Assembly: GCA_018266375.1 (NCBI GenBank)
Contig: JAFEAO010000005.1
Coordinates: 66,619 to 130,618, forward strand
From: Bdellovibrionales bacterium
Lineage (GTDB): Bacteria; Bdellovibrionota; UBA1018; CAIMNF01
Reading direction: 5' to 3'
DNA length: 64,000 nucleotides
Of the stretch, positions 27,800-38,318 are shown in pieces. Under the pieces are notes generated by a model. That model ran no database searches. It had not been told where the DNA came from and was given only the letters and a program-made list of their open reading frames with translations. Made by a program: the position numbers and the translations under genes. The first letter of the stretch is position 1. Every line of letters starts with the position of its first letter.

Positions 27800-29596
27800 T
27801 TAGTCGATCTTGAGAACAGCCAAGAACGCCTCTTGAGGGATCTCGACGTTACCGACGGCTTTCATCCGCTTCTTACCCTCTTTTTGCTTCTCGAGAAGTT
27901 TGCGTTTACGCGAGATATCGCCGCCGTAGCATTTCGCGGTTACGTTTTTGCGATAGGCCGAAATATTTTCGCGAGATACAATTTTTGAACCGATCGCCGC
28001 TTGAATCGAAATCTCGAACATTTGTCGTTCAATCAATTCTTTTAGTTTTTTAGCAAGTTCGCGACCACGGTAAGCCGCTTTATCGCGATGGATGATAATG
28101 GAGAGAGCGTCGACCGGCTCGGAATTGATCAAGATATCCATCTTTACGAGATCCGACTCACGGTAATCCGTCAATGCGTAGTCCATCGACGCGTACCCGC
28201 GAGTCGAGCTCTTAAGCTTGTCGTAGAAATCAAACACCATCTCGGCGAGTGGAATTTGGTACACGAGGGTCACGCGATCCGCAGTGACGAAATCGAGTTT
28301 TTCCTGCAACCCCCGGCGCTCGTTACAAAGCGCCATCACGACACCGACGTACTCGGACGGCATATGGATACTCAAGCGGATGTACGGCTCTTCGATTTTT
28401 TCTATCTTAATCTGATCCGGAAGCTTGGCCGGATTCTCGACCATGATCTCTTCGCCGTCGAGCATTTTAACTTTGTAGACCACCGATGGCGCGGTCGTGA
28501 TGATACTGAGATCGTACTCACGCTCCAGACGCTCTTGCACGACGTCCATGTGGAGGAGGCCCAAGAACCCGCAACGGAATCCGAAACCGAGCGCGCTTGA
28601 GGTCTCCGGTTCAAACTGAATTGCCGAGTCGTTCAGACGTAACTTTTCGAGTGATTCTTTGAGATCGTGGTAATCATCGCTGTCTACTGGATAGACGCCG
28701 CAAAAGACCATCGGCTTTGCTTCGGCGAAACCGCCGAGTGGTTCGCTCGCGACATTCGAGAAGTCCATGATCGTATCGCCGACCTTCATGTCACGAACGT
28801 CTTTGATGCCGCAAATGATGGCACCGACCTCGCCACTGGCGAGCTGCTTGGTGTCGGTATACTTCGGGGAAAACGTCCCTACTTTTTGAACTTCGTACTC
28901 TTTACCCACGTGGAAGAGCTTAATCTTCATGCCAGGCTTGATGGTGCCCTCGAAAACCCTGCAAAGCGCGATCACGCCTTGATATGGATCGAACCAAGAG
29001 TCAAAAATCAGCGCGCGCAATGGGCTTGTGTCGTCATCTTTCGGTGCCGGAAAATTTTTCACCACCGCTTCCAAAATATCTTCGATCCCGATGCCCGCTT
29101 TCGCGCTCGCAGGGACGGAGCGTGACGAATCGACGAGACCGATCGTATCGTTGATTTCTTTTTTGGCCTTTTCGATATCCGCACTTGGCAGGTCGATCTT
29201 ATTGATGACCGGGAAAACTTCGAGATTGTTCTCGAGCGCCATGAAGACGTTTGCGAGTGTTTGCGCCTCGACCCCTTGAGTAGCGTCGACTACAAGGATC
29301 GCGCCTTCGCACGCGGCGAGTGAGCGCGAAACTTCGTAAGTAAAGTCGACGTGGCCCGGAGTATCAATCAAATTGAGAATGTAACTTTGTCCATCTTTAG
29401 CCTTGTAGTTGAGGCGCACGCTTTGGGCTTTGATCGTGATCCCGCGTTCGCGTTCGAGTTCCATATTGTCCAAAAATTGAGCTTCCATCTCACGAGCGGT
29501 AACCGTACCGGTTTTTTCCAAAAGGCGATCGGCGAGCGTGGATTTGCCATGGTCAATGTGGGCAATGATGCAAAAATTGCGGATGTTTTTAGACAT
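27800..29596 (-). CDS. lepA: elongation factor 4 (LepA)
   Basis: Start at [26 protein letters not shown]. Canonical LepA with the C-terminal ...[23 protein letters not shown]. Confidence 0.95.
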   Translation of the reverse strand: MSKNIRNFCIIAHIDHGKSTLADRLLEKTGTVTAREMEAQFLDNMELERERGITIKAQSVRLNYKAKDGQSYILNLIDTPGHVDFTYEVSRSLAACEGAILVVDATQGVEAQTLANVFMALENNLEVFPVINKIDLPSADIEKAKKEINDTIGLVDSSRSVPASAKAGIGIEDILEAVVKNFPAPKDDDTSPLRALIFDSWFDPYQGVIALCRVFEGTIKPGMKIKLFHVGKEYEVQKVGTFSPKYTDTKQLASGEVGAIICGIKDVRDMKVGDTIMDFSNVASEPLGGFAEAKPMVFCGVYPVDSDDYHDLKESLEKLRLNDSAIQFEPETSSALGFGFRCGFLGLLHMDVVQERLEREYDLSIITTAPSVVYKVKMLDGEEIMVENPAKLPDQIKIEKIEEPYIRLSIHMPSEYVGVVMALCNERRGLQEKLDFVTADRVTLVYQIPLAEMVFDFYDKLKSSTRGYASMDYALTDYRESDLVKMDILINSEPVDALSIIIHRDKAAYRGRELAKKLKELIERQMFEISIQAAIGSKIVSRENISAYRKNVTAKCYGGDISRKRKLLEKQKEGKKRMKAVGNVEIPQEAFLAVLKID

Positions 29597-29825
29597 ATAC
29601 AAGGAGAGAGAAAATGTAGCAGGAAGTCAGAATATTGGCACGCATTTTCGCAATGCGATATCCATCTAAATCCAACAATCGTAACGCACCACAATTTGTC
29701 TCATGCATTATATGCATCAAATTATTGACAAAACTTTTTAGTTTATAAGTCCTCTATGTGTATTAATGTGCCGAGTCGAAATTTCAGTTAACAACTCGCG
29801 CAAATCAACGCTATAATCAAAGGGT

Positions 29826-30212
29826 ATGAAGTCACAAAATTTGAAAATTCTAGTTCTGAGTTTAACCGCAGCCCTCGTGATGAGTTCGTGCGCGACTATG
29901 TCGGGTGCCGAGAGCAAAGAAAACATGGCCAAACTGAAATACGGCATGAGCGAGTCACAAGTATTGAGCGTGCTCGGCTCTCCGGACTCAGTAGTTCGCC
30001 CGAGCAAAACAGACGACCGTTGGATCTATGAATTCAAGAGCAACGACAAGAAAGGCCGCAACCTCTTTGTTGATTTCAAAAACAACCAGCTTATTAAAGC
30101 TGGCGAGCTCAATGGCCGCGATATCGCAGCCACGGAGGAATCTCGCGAATCAGGAATCTGCACTCATCACAAGCAGCCTGAATTCCAGTACGAATCCCTT
30201 TGCATCAAATAA
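29826..30212 (+). CDS. BamE/SmpA-OmlA-like outer-membrane lipoprotein
   Basis: 128 aa with lipobox LVMSSC. GMSESQVLSVLGSPDSV...WIYEF matches the SmpA_OmlA fold signature. Confidence 0.6.
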   Translation: MKSQNLKILVLSLTAALVMSSCATMSGAESKENMAKLKYGMSESQVLSVLGSPDSVVRPSKTDDRWIYEFKSNDKKGRNLFVDFKNNQLIKAGELNGRDIAATEESRESGICTHHKQPEFQYESLCIK

Positions 30213-31303
30213 CAGTTAAGATCACGGATTTATCACGTGGTGGTAGCGGCGTCGCCCGACTCGAGTCGGGCGAAGTCGTTTTTATACCCTTCACTTCTCC
30301 CGGCGACGAAGTCCTGATCGAAATCGTCGAAATCAAAAAGAACTACTTACACGGGAAATTACTCGAAGTCGTCAGGCCTTCGCCCAATCGTATAAAACCC
30401 GAATGTCACGTTTTCGGCAAATGCGGCGGCTGCGAATGGCAGCATCTGCCTTACACACTCCAATTTGAAACCAAAAAGAGGGGCGTTTTGCACGCTCTCG
30501 CGCGCGCCGGAGTCCCTTTCGACGGGATTTCAATCGACGATTTACCCGCTGCGAATCCCTACTCCTACCGTAACCGCATTCAAATGAACGGCGATGTGGC
30601 GGCAAAAACATTCGGATTCTACTCGCGCGGTAGCAAGGTCATCGTGGACACCGATAGCTGCTCTGTCGCTTCGGACGCAATTAACTCCGCAATCCCTCGA
30701 ATCCGCGAAGAAGGATTCAAGACCCATCGGGAAAACTTCAAAGCCGAGATCACTGTCGATGCCGAAGACCCGGAACAACTCGACGTTACTTGGAACATGC
30801 CGAACGCCGCAAACGGTTTCCGGCAAATCAACGACGAGCAAAACGCTGTTCTGCAAGGCTGGATCGCAAAACACACCGCCGATGCCGAAACCCTCCTTGA
30901 TTTGTTCGGCGGCGCTGGAAACTTGAGTCTTGGCATCGCGAAAAAATTTAAAGAGGTCCATTGCGTGGACATCCGAGTGCCCAAGGACTCGTCCTTTCCG
31001 CATTTTCACTTCCATAAAGGCACCGTTTCGAGCTGGCTACCTACCTTTAAAAAACCTGGAAGCAGCGTGAGCTTGATCTTGGACCCGCCTCGAGAGGGTC
31101 TCTCACAAGAATTCGAGAGAATCACGAAAAGCGTGGAAAAATATCCCGTTCAAACGATGATTTTAGTTGGCTGCGACGTCGATGCGTTCGTCAGAGACAC
31201 TCATCGCTTCATCAAACATGGGTTCAAACTCAAACGTCTCGGGATTTTGGACTTATTTCCGCAGACGACACACGTCGAATCGCTTGCGCTTTTTACGCGT
31301 TAA
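30200..31303 (+). CDS. 23S rRNA (uracil-C5)-methyltransferase, RlmD/RumA family (TRAM + 4Fe-4S + SAM MTase)
   Basis: 367 aa with a TTG start overlapping the previous stop by 13 nt. It has an N-terminal TRAM-like segment (ITVKITDLSRGGSGVAR...VVFIPFTSPGDEV), the Cys cluster CHVFGKCGGCEWQH, a SAM-binding DLFGGAGN and the catalytic region ILDPPREG. Confidence 0.8.
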   Translation: MHQITVKITDLSRGGSGVARLESGEVVFIPFTSPGDEVLIEIVEIKKNYLHGKLLEVVRPSPNRIKPECHVFGKCGGCEWQHLPYTLQFETKKRGVLHALARAGVPFDGISIDDLPAANPYSYRNRIQMNGDVAAKTFGFYSRGSKVIVDTDSCSVASDAINSAIPRIREEGFKTHRENFKAEITVDAEDPEQLDVTWNMPNAANGFRQINDEQNAVLQGWIAKHTADAETLLDLFGGAGNLSLGIAKKFKEVHCVDIRVPKDSSFPHFHFHKGTVSSWLPTFKKPGSSVSLILDPPREGLSQEFERITKSVEKYPVQTMILVGCDVDAFVRDTHRFIKHGFKLKRLGILDLFPQTTHVESLALFTR

Positions 31304-31319
31304 GCCTTAAACTGGAAGC

Positions 31320-32123
31320 ATGAAAAAGCTACTTCGGGTGTTAGCAATCATTTCATTGGCCTCCATCCAAGCCGCGTCACTGTCCGGATGCGCAAGTTCC
31401 AGTTCGCCTCGTTCCGATTCCACCGGGCAAAAACGGATGTCGTCTCATGAACGAGCGATGATGTTGATCAGCTTGGCGTCCGCGAACATCACCGAAGGCG
31501 ATGCGACTCAAGCTTTGCAAGCCCTCAAGGAAAGCGAGGAGATCGATAACAGCATTCCTGAAACCTACTATCTCTACGCGCTCGCCTATCACTTAAAGAA
31601 CGAGCGAACCCTTGCGATTCAGTCCGCACGCAAAGCAATCGAGTTGCGTCCGACTTACTCGAAAGCAAAAAACACGCTCGGCAAACTTTTGCTCGACCAA
31701 GGTCAGTACTCCGAAGCCGAAAAATATTTGAAAGAAGCCGTATCGGACCTTTTGTTCGATGAAGCTTACCTCGCAAAAGCGAATCTCGGGATACTCTACT
31801 ACAAACAAATGAGGTACGACAAAGCGATGCCTTACCTCACCCAAGCTTTGCGCGAAGGCGGCAATACGACTTGCGTCGCCGCCTACTATCGCGGACAAAT
31901 TTACCTCGACAAGAATCAGTACGAATACGCGCTTGCCGATTTTACACGTGCTTCAAAAAACAGCTGTGCACGCATTACCGAAGCGCACTTGGCAAAAGGC
32001 CAGACTTTGATCCGCATGAAAAAGTACGACCAAGCGCGCGCGAAAATGCTGGAGATCGAGCAATTGTTCCCGCTCACCGATGCCTCTGAAAAAGCAGCCC
32101 AATATCTGAAGGAAATTCCGTGA
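31320..32123 (+). CDS. TPR-repeat lipoprotein (PilF/PilW-like)
   Basis: 267 aa with lipobox LSGCAS and tandem TPR-like helices. It sits immediately upstream of rodZ with a 4-nt overlap, the pilF-rodZ synteny known from proteobacteria. Confidence 0.6.
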   Translation: MKKLLRVLAIISLASIQAASLSGCASSSSPRSDSTGQKRMSSHERAMMLISLASANITEGDATQALQALKESEEIDNSIPETYYLYALAYHLKNERTLAIQSARKAIELRPTYSKAKNTLGKLLLDQGQYSEAEKYLKEAVSDLLFDEAYLAKANLGILYYKQMRYDKAMPYLTQALREGGNTTCVAAYYRGQIYLDKNQYEYALADFTRASKNSCARITEAHLAKGQTLIRMKKYDQARAKMLEIEQLFPLTDASEKAAQYLKEIP

Positions 32124-33076
32124 CCCTAGGACGGATCTTGCGAGAACGACGTACCGAGCTCGGCAAAAGCATAGAGCAAATCTCGGCGGCCACTCGTATT
32201 CACGTCCGTATCCTCTCAGCGCTCGAAGACGACCGCTACGCGGATCTTCCGGCCCGCACCTTCACTCGCGGTTTCATCACTTCGTACGCAAAGGCGCTCC
32301 GTCTCGATGCCGATCAGCTGTTTCGCGATCACCACGACTTTCTCGAACAAAAATTTACCGAACGCCAAGACCGTGACCAAGGCCACCATGGTTACGTCTT
32401 TGAAGGCAAGGAACTGGAACAGAACAAGCGAGGCTTGATTATCGGTGCGTCTGTTGCGGCAGTGTTCGCGGTAGCAGTGCTTCTGGTGTTCAAACCTCAG
32501 AATCACCATCGCAAAGAAAAGCATAAAGAATTTACTTCGGAGGACATGGCTTCGACATCACCTGCGGAAGACGCCGATTCGGATGAGGTCATCACAACGG
32601 AGACTCCGGCAGCCGTTGCGACCGCAACGGCTGCTTCGGGATCAAGCACTCCAGCCGCGACGGCAACACCAACCGAAGCGCCAAAGGCTACCGTAACGCC
32701 GACTCCAGCTCCAACGACTGAGCCCACAGCGACGCCAAAACCGACTCCAAATGCAAGCCCGGCCCCTTCTCCAGCTACCAAGGAACCCAAGAAGGATCCT
32801 CTTAATAAGGGGGACGAGCTCGGTCCGAAGGAATTTAAGAAGAAGATCGCCTTTGAAGCTCTCGAAGATTGCTATGTGAAGTACCAGGCCGACGGTAAAC
32901 CTCCGATGCAGTTCAATCTTCGAAAGGGTCGCTTCCTGGTGATCAAAGCAAAATCGGCTATCCACTTCGAGGTCAATAAACCTGAAGCCCTCATGTATCG
33001 CACCAAAACCCGGGAATACTTTCCCGTCATGAAAAGCAGCTTCAACGTTGGCGACGACGGAAGCCTCTCCGATTAG
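32120..33076 (+). CDS. rodZ: cytoskeleton protein RodZ-like (HTH_XRE + TM + Pro/Thr/Ala-rich linker + C-terminal DUF4115-like domain)
   Basis: 318 aa: an N-terminal helix-turn-helix (LGRILRERRTELGKSIEQISAATRI), a single TM (LIIGASVAAVFAVAVLLVF), a PT/A-rich low-complexity linker and a conserved C-terminal beta domain. Confidence 0.75.
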   Translation: MTLGRILRERRTELGKSIEQISAATRIHVRILSALEDDRYADLPARTFTRGFITSYAKALRLDADQLFRDHHDFLEQKFTERQDRDQGHHGYVFEGKELEQNKRGLIIGASVAAVFAVAVLLVFKPQNHHRKEKHKEFTSEDMASTSPAEDADSDEVITTETPAAVATATAASGSSTPAATATPTEAPKATVTPTPAPTTEPTATPKPTPNASPAPSPATKEPKKDPLNKGDELGPKEFKKKIAFEALEDCYVKYQADGKPPMQFNLRKGRFLVIKAKSAIHFEVNKPEALMYRTKTREYFPVMKSSFNVGDDGSLSD

Positions 33077-33370
33077 TAAAATTCAGGAATATTGTAGTGT
33101 GAATGTTAAAATTCTTTGATGCGCTTTGCGACATTTTATAATTTTCACGTCAGGCTTTTATGTGTCTTATAAACTCTTAGCTGACTCAAGTCTCGCTGTA
33201 GACTTTATCCACACATTTATCCAAGTTATCCACCATGATCATATGCTTGTAATCATTAAATAAAACACCGCTGATTTTGATGTTTTCGAGCAATATCGTT
33301 TTTTTATTCACCTGATAAGCAAAAACAGGGGTTTTTTGACGTTTTTACAGAGCAGTCAAGAAACTAGCGC

Positions 33371-34189
33371 CTAAACCTGCCTTTTTTGGAACAGGAATCC
33401 CTCGAATCGATACGCAAATGCGGCCTCTTTGCGAGTCCCAAAGCGAGTTTTCACGTGTTCGCGAGTCTCGTTTCGAACGTCAAGCACTTTTTGTTTTTCG
33501 TTTCGAGTTTCAAAATCGAGGAAGCGAGCTTGAGAAAAAATCATCTCGCTAAAAAAATCCGCAGAGTGCTCCAAACTCTTTTCGAGGTGGCGTGAGGCAA
33601 TTTGAGAAAACTCGGAATGGTCGCGAAGCGACTGCGTCTTTTCGTACAAATTTCCCCGGGGCACCTGATCTTCAAACTTCCAGGTCTCATTGAACTGGCG
33701 ACGGATCCATTCATTGAGCCCCAGTGTGTCACTTTCGAGCTTCGGGAACTGATATTCAAAGACAAAAATTGCCCCACCAGGCTTTAGCACGCGCTCGATC
33801 TCGCTCAACGCCGCCACTTTGAACCAATGCCACGCCGATCCGACCAGAACAACATCAACGGAGGCACTTCCAATGGGAAGCTGTTCCGCCGAGGCAACGT
33901 ACGCGCTCGTAGTAAACGTCTTTGCTGACGAAGGAGCCGCCGCAAGCTTCGCAGTTGCGGCTTCAAGGAGAGCTCGATTCGGATCAACCTGAATAAACTC
34001 AAGATCGAGCGCTTCGATCATCGGATGAACCGAGTTCCACACCAGGCCAGTACCGCACGCTAGGTCAAGCACGCTGAGATGCTCAGGTAGACGACGTCCC
34101 ATGACCACGCGAAGCGGCGCAAAGAGTTCCATCGGATAGATAGGTCGCGATAAATCGTAGAGCTCCGGATGATAGCGAGAATGAATCAC
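33371..34189 (-). CDS. class I SAM-dependent methyltransferase
   Basis: 272 aa with motif I VLDLACGTG and post-I/II acidic residues (Methyltransf_11/25-like). Confidence 0.75.
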   Translation of the reverse strand: MIHSRYHPELYDLSRPIYPMELFAPLRVVMGRRLPEHLSVLDLACGTGLVWNSVHPMIEALDLEFIQVDPNRALLEAATAKLAAAPSSAKTFTTSAYVASAEQLPIGSASVDVVLVGSAWHWFKVAALSEIERVLKPGGAIFVFEYQFPKLESDTLGLNEWIRRQFNETWKFEDQVPRGNLYEKTQSLRDHSEFSQIASRHLEKSLEHSADFFSEMIFSQARFLDFETRNEKQKVLDVRNETREHVKTRFGTRKEAAFAYRFEGFLFQKRQV

Positions 34190-34220
34190 AATGTTAGTTA
34201 CCTGTTCGATCCGCGCTAAA

Positions 34221-35327
34221 TCACCACGACGCGCGCTTAAATGCGATTGAACCCGCGATTAGCACGAGCGCATTCGGTATCTGCATCGCAAGCCACGGCG
34301 GCACGGTACCCGCTTCGCCCAACCAAATCGCGCTCACTTGAATTTGCCAGTAAAGCGCCATCGTGACGAAAGCAACCAGCAACACACCCATACGCGCACC
34401 ACGGGTGCGGACGGTACCGAAGCCAATTCCCATCAGCACGAAAAGAATCGGTACCACTGCAACCGTGATCCGACGCCAAAGTTCGGTATTGAGCTCTCGA
34501 CGTTGTTCCGGCGGAAGATCGGGTTTCGCTAACCGATCGTCGATCTCTTTAACCTCGAGCATTTTAGGGCGATAACCGAACTGACCGGAGGTATCCGGAA
34601 TGTCGAAAAAGAGCTGGTAGGTGTTGAAGTTGATCCGGTTGTAACTAAGATCGGCCTTCTCGTTTTGATGGATGCTGCCATCCTGGAGCTGCATCACGAG
34701 ACCGCCGAGGTCGTCTTCGCCGGATTGAACGCGGATCAACTCGCCAGTTTTTGCGACAATCGTGAGCGGGTGCTTTGGATCGCGCTCGTCATACATAAAA
34801 ACGTGCTCCATCCGTCCGGCGCGTTTATTGACCTTCTCGGTAAAAAGGAGAAGGTTGAAAAAGCCGGTGGTGAATGTGCCCTCGTTGATCGCACTCGCGA
34901 AACGTAAGTTACCTATCTTGAGCATGGTGTTGCGGCTTGCGACCTCGGACCAAGGTGCCCAATTTAGGTTCAAAAAGAGCGAAAACGCGGCTACGACAAA
35001 AGATAGCGTAAAAACCGGGATCGAAATGCGCCACAGGCCCATTCCGCTTGCCTTCATGGCTACAATCTCACTGTCGTTACTAAAACGAGAGAAAGCAAAA
35101 AGCACCCCCATAAGGAAAGAGATCGGCAAGCCCAAGGGCAGGAAGTTTACGATCAGAATTCCAAGCAGCTTCAGCAACAAACTAAAAGGCGCGTTATTCA
35201 CAATCAATTCTTCGGCGAGGCGTAGCATCTGGAACAAAAGAAAGACGAAGGCAAAGAACACCGTGCCCGCCAGAAACGGGTTCAGGACTTCTTTCAAGAT
35301 GTACAGATCGATCTTCCTAATACGCAT
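34221..35327 (-). CDS. LptF/LptG-family LPS export permease (YjgP/YjgQ)
   Basis: 368 aa with N-terminal YILKEVLNPFLAGTVFFAFVFLLFQMLRL, a periplasmic beta-jellyroll insert, and 6 TMs in total. Confidence 0.8.
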   Translation of the reverse strand: MRIRKIDLYILKEVLNPFLAGTVFFAFVFLLFQMLRLAEELIVNNAPFSLLLKLLGILIVNFLPLGLPISFLMGVLFAFSRFSNDSEIVAMKASGMGLWRISIPVFTLSFVVAAFSLFLNLNWAPWSEVASRNTMLKIGNLRFASAINEGTFTTGFFNLLLFTEKVNKRAGRMEHVFMYDERDPKHPLTIVAKTGELIRVQSGEDDLGGLVMQLQDGSIHQNEKADLSYNRINFNTYQLFFDIPDTSGQFGYRPKMLEVKEIDDRLAKPDLPPEQRRELNTELWRRITVAVVPILFVLMGIGFGTVRTRGARMGVLLVAFVTMALYWQIQVSAIWLGEAGTVPPWLAMQIPNALVLIAGSIAFKRASW

Positions 35328-36675
35328 TCTTATTTATGAATCCTTTGAATACCGTAAGCACCATGATCTTGAGGTCAAACCAAAGCGACCAATTGCGAAT
35401 ATAAAACAAATCGCATTCAATTCTCTTTTCGAGCGACGTATCGCCACGCCAGCCGTTGACTTGCGCCCAACCCGTAATGCCTGTTTTTACGCGGTGACGA
35501 AGCATGTAGTTCGGGATCTCGTGTTTAAACTTAGAAACAAATACCGGGCGTTCCGGACGTGGACCCACTACCGACATATCTCCCACCAAGACATTCCAAA
35601 GCTGCGGGAGCTCATCGACGCTCGTGGAACGTAAAACAGTGCCGATCGGAGTGCGACGATCATCGTTTTGCACGGCCCATACGGCGCCCGTTTTATCTTC
35701 GGCGTCGATCCGCATCGAGCGGAACTTAAGCATGTGGAATGTGCGACCATCGAGCCCCATGCGCTCCTGGCGGTACAACACCGGACCACGCGATGTGATC
35801 TTGACTAAAATTGCAACAAGCGCGAGAAGCGGCGATAAAATCAAAAGCGCGATCGCGGAAACAACAAAGTCAAAGAGACGCTTCATCCATGCGCGATAGC
35901 CGATGAGCGGTGACTCGTTCAATTGCACGAGAGGCACGCCTTCGAAGTTTTCGACACGAGCTCCGAGCGCAAGAAAATCCGAATAGTCCGGGAGGATTTG
36001 CAAATCGATCGGAGCATCCTTGATCGAATCGATGATCAAATCGAGCGTCTTTGTATGCGAGCGCGGTAATCCAAGAAGTAAAATTTTTGGATTGAGCGCT
36101 TTGATCTGAGAAATCGCATCGTCGTAGTGATCCGGACCGATGATCTTGATGATTTCGACGCCGATCTCCGGATAACGGTTGAGCTGGTCGACAACAAACG
36201 CAAAGGCCTTGCCCTCGCCGACCGCGAACAGCGAGGTGTTGTTCACACCCTTCTTGTGGAGCTCTCGCAAAATCTTGCGGTACACCACGCGGAAAAGCCA
36301 ACAACCGATCGCGACTTGGATACCGAAGACGATAATCACACCGCGCGAGAACCGGTACTGAGTAATAAAGTAAGCGAGCGCGGTAAAGAAGATAAGCGTC
36401 GCAAAATGAGCTCGCAACATGGTGTAAATCTCCGTCGAACGGCGGTACACCTTTTCGTATCGGTACAATCCAAACGATTGAAATCCCGCGACCCAAAGCA
36501 CGACAATCATGGGCAGCAGCGACAAATAGTGTTCAAACGCGGGAGTTTCATCAAACGGAATCATCCGGAGCCACTGAAAGCGAATCGGATAAGCCGCAAG
36601 CCATGAACTGATCACAATAATCAGATCTGCGAAGCGCGTCAAAACGCCGGCTGAGGATTGATATTTTTTAAGCAT
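35317..36675 (-). CDS. undecaprenyl-phosphate sugar phosphotransferase (WbaP/WcaJ-type polyprenyl glycosylphosphotransferase)
   Basis: 452 aa. The C-terminal catalytic domain matches the bacterial sugar-transferase family: ...LPQLWNVLVGDMSVVGPRPE...GITGWAQVNG...DLFYIRNWS. N-terminal TM bundle. Confidence 0.85.
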   Translation of the reverse strand: MLKKYQSSAGVLTRFADLIIVISSWLAAYPIRFQWLRMIPFDETPAFEHYLSLLPMIVVLWVAGFQSFGLYRYEKVYRRSTEIYTMLRAHFATLIFFTALAYFITQYRFSRGVIIVFGIQVAIGCWLFRVVYRKILRELHKKGVNNTSLFAVGEGKAFAFVVDQLNRYPEIGVEIIKIIGPDHYDDAISQIKALNPKILLLGLPRSHTKTLDLIIDSIKDAPIDLQILPDYSDFLALGARVENFEGVPLVQLNESPLIGYRAWMKRLFDFVVSAIALLILSPLLALVAILVKITSRGPVLYRQERMGLDGRTFHMLKFRSMRIDAEDKTGAVWAVQNDDRRTPIGTVLRSTSVDELPQLWNVLVGDMSVVGPRPERPVFVSKFKHEIPNYMLRHRVKTGITGWAQVNGWRGDTSLEKRIECDLFYIRNWSLWFDLKIMVLTVFKGFINKNAY

Positions 36676-36768
36676 GGCTTCTTTTAAAACTAACTGATTC
36701 CACGTTCAAAAAACAGTGATATTATGCTGAGATACTTCAACTGAAGGCCCCCGATAAAGGAACATTTT

Positions 36769-38301
36769 ATGAGCAAATCCAAACTCGACCTGATTCACGA
36801 TTTAACACCCATTCTCGTCTCTAAAAACTTCGAAGGCGACACCCTGGGCTATCTCTATTTTCAAGCCGACGGCAAAGGTAACAAAAAGACCGCCACCTTA
36901 AATTCTCAAACCATCACCGAGATTCAGGATCTTGCAAAGAGCGGGACCTTCACCGCAGCGGCGAAGAGCTGTTATTTCATCCGCGCTTCTTACATCGAGA
37001 AAACAAACATCCTTGTTGCCGGACTCGGCACCAAGAAAAACTTTTCTCCGGAGAAGGCCCGCCAAACCGGCTCGATCGTTTACGGAAAAGTCTCCGCCGA
37101 GAAGGTCAAATCATTCGGATTTGATATCGACACGATTTTGAAATCCGTTTCGCGCTCACAAGCCGAGCCGTTGATCCAAGCATTCTTGGAAGGCTTCTAT
37201 CTCACGAGCTACGCCTTCAACAAGTATAAGAGCGGCCCGAAAATCGCTCCAACACTCAAAGAAGTCCACCTCGTCACTAAAGATTCGAAAAACGCAAAGT
37301 GGCTCGGCGATCTCATTACTCGCACCTTGATCACCGTGGATTGCGTTTTCATCACACGCGACTACTCGAACGAACCCTCTAACTACGGTACGCCCGAATA
37401 CTACGCAAAGGACATCTCGGCCCTTGCAAAACGTTTCGGCCTCAAGTGCAAAGTCATGGGCGAAGCGGAATGTAAAAAAGAAAAGATGGGTCTCTTCCTT
37501 GCGGTCAGCGCAGGATCGGATCGCGAAGCTAAGTGCGTGATCCTCGAGTACACTCCGAAAACCGCGAAAAAAGGCAAACTCATTTCGCTCGTCGGCAAAG
37601 GAGTGACCTTCGACTCGGGCGGGATCTCGATCAAGCCGTCAATGCGCATGGAAGACATGAAGCACGATATGACGGGCGCCGCGACCATGCTCGGCTCGAC
37701 TCTCCTCGCTGCTCGCCTCGGCTCTAAAAACCGTCTTGTCACGATTCTCGTATTCACCGAGAACATGCCGAACGGTATCGCAACCCAACCGGGCAACGTG
37801 ATCACCGGCCGTAGCGGCAAAACCGTTGAGATCATCAATACCGATGCGGAAGGCCGCTTGATCCTGGCCGATGCGCTCGATCTCGCACAAGACTATAAAC
37901 CGGACATCGTCGTGAACTCGGCGACTTTGACCGGCGCATGCTCGATCGCTCTCGGCAAATTGGCAAGTGCGCTATTCTCGAACGACAACGGTCTTGCCAA
38001 GCGCGTCTTTGCCGCTTCCGAAGCGACCGAAGAAACCTTGTGGGAACTTCCGATGTTTGACGAATATTTTGAGGACATGAAATCGAACTACGCCGACATG
38101 ATGAACTCGGCTAACGACGGTTACGGCGGGACCATCCGTGGCGCGATCTTCATGAAGCAGTTTATCCGCCCTGGCACAAAATGGGCGCACATCGACCTCG
38201 CAAACCGTGCTTACGATCAAGGCTACTTGCCGTATGCTCCCCGCAAAGGTTCAAGCGGCATCTACGTCCGTACATTCGCGCAATTGGCGATGGATTATTA
38301 A
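36769..38301 (+). CDS. pepA: leucyl aminopeptidase (M17 family)
   Basis: 510 aa with M17 active-site motifs VGKGVTFDSGG and NTDAEGRLILADAL. Confidence 0.9.
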   Translation: MSKSKLDLIHDLTPILVSKNFEGDTLGYLYFQADGKGNKKTATLNSQTITEIQDLAKSGTFTAAAKSCYFIRASYIEKTNILVAGLGTKKNFSPEKARQTGSIVYGKVSAEKVKSFGFDIDTILKSVSRSQAEPLIQAFLEGFYLTSYAFNKYKSGPKIAPTLKEVHLVTKDSKNAKWLGDLITRTLITVDCVFITRDYSNEPSNYGTPEYYAKDISALAKRFGLKCKVMGEAECKKEKMGLFLAVSAGSDREAKCVILEYTPKTAKKGKLISLVGKGVTFDSGGISIKPSMRMEDMKHDMTGAATMLGSTLLAARLGSKNRLVTILVFTENMPNGIATQPGNVITGRSGKTVEIINTDAEGRLILADALDLAQDYKPDIVVNSATLTGACSIALGKLASALFSNDNGLAKRVFAASEATEETLWELPMFDEYFEDMKSNYADMMNSANDGYGGTIRGAIFMKQFIRPGTKWAHIDLANRAYDQGYLPYAPRKGSSGIYVRTFAQLAMDY

Positions 38302-38318
38302 TCACTAGGAGTATTTAA

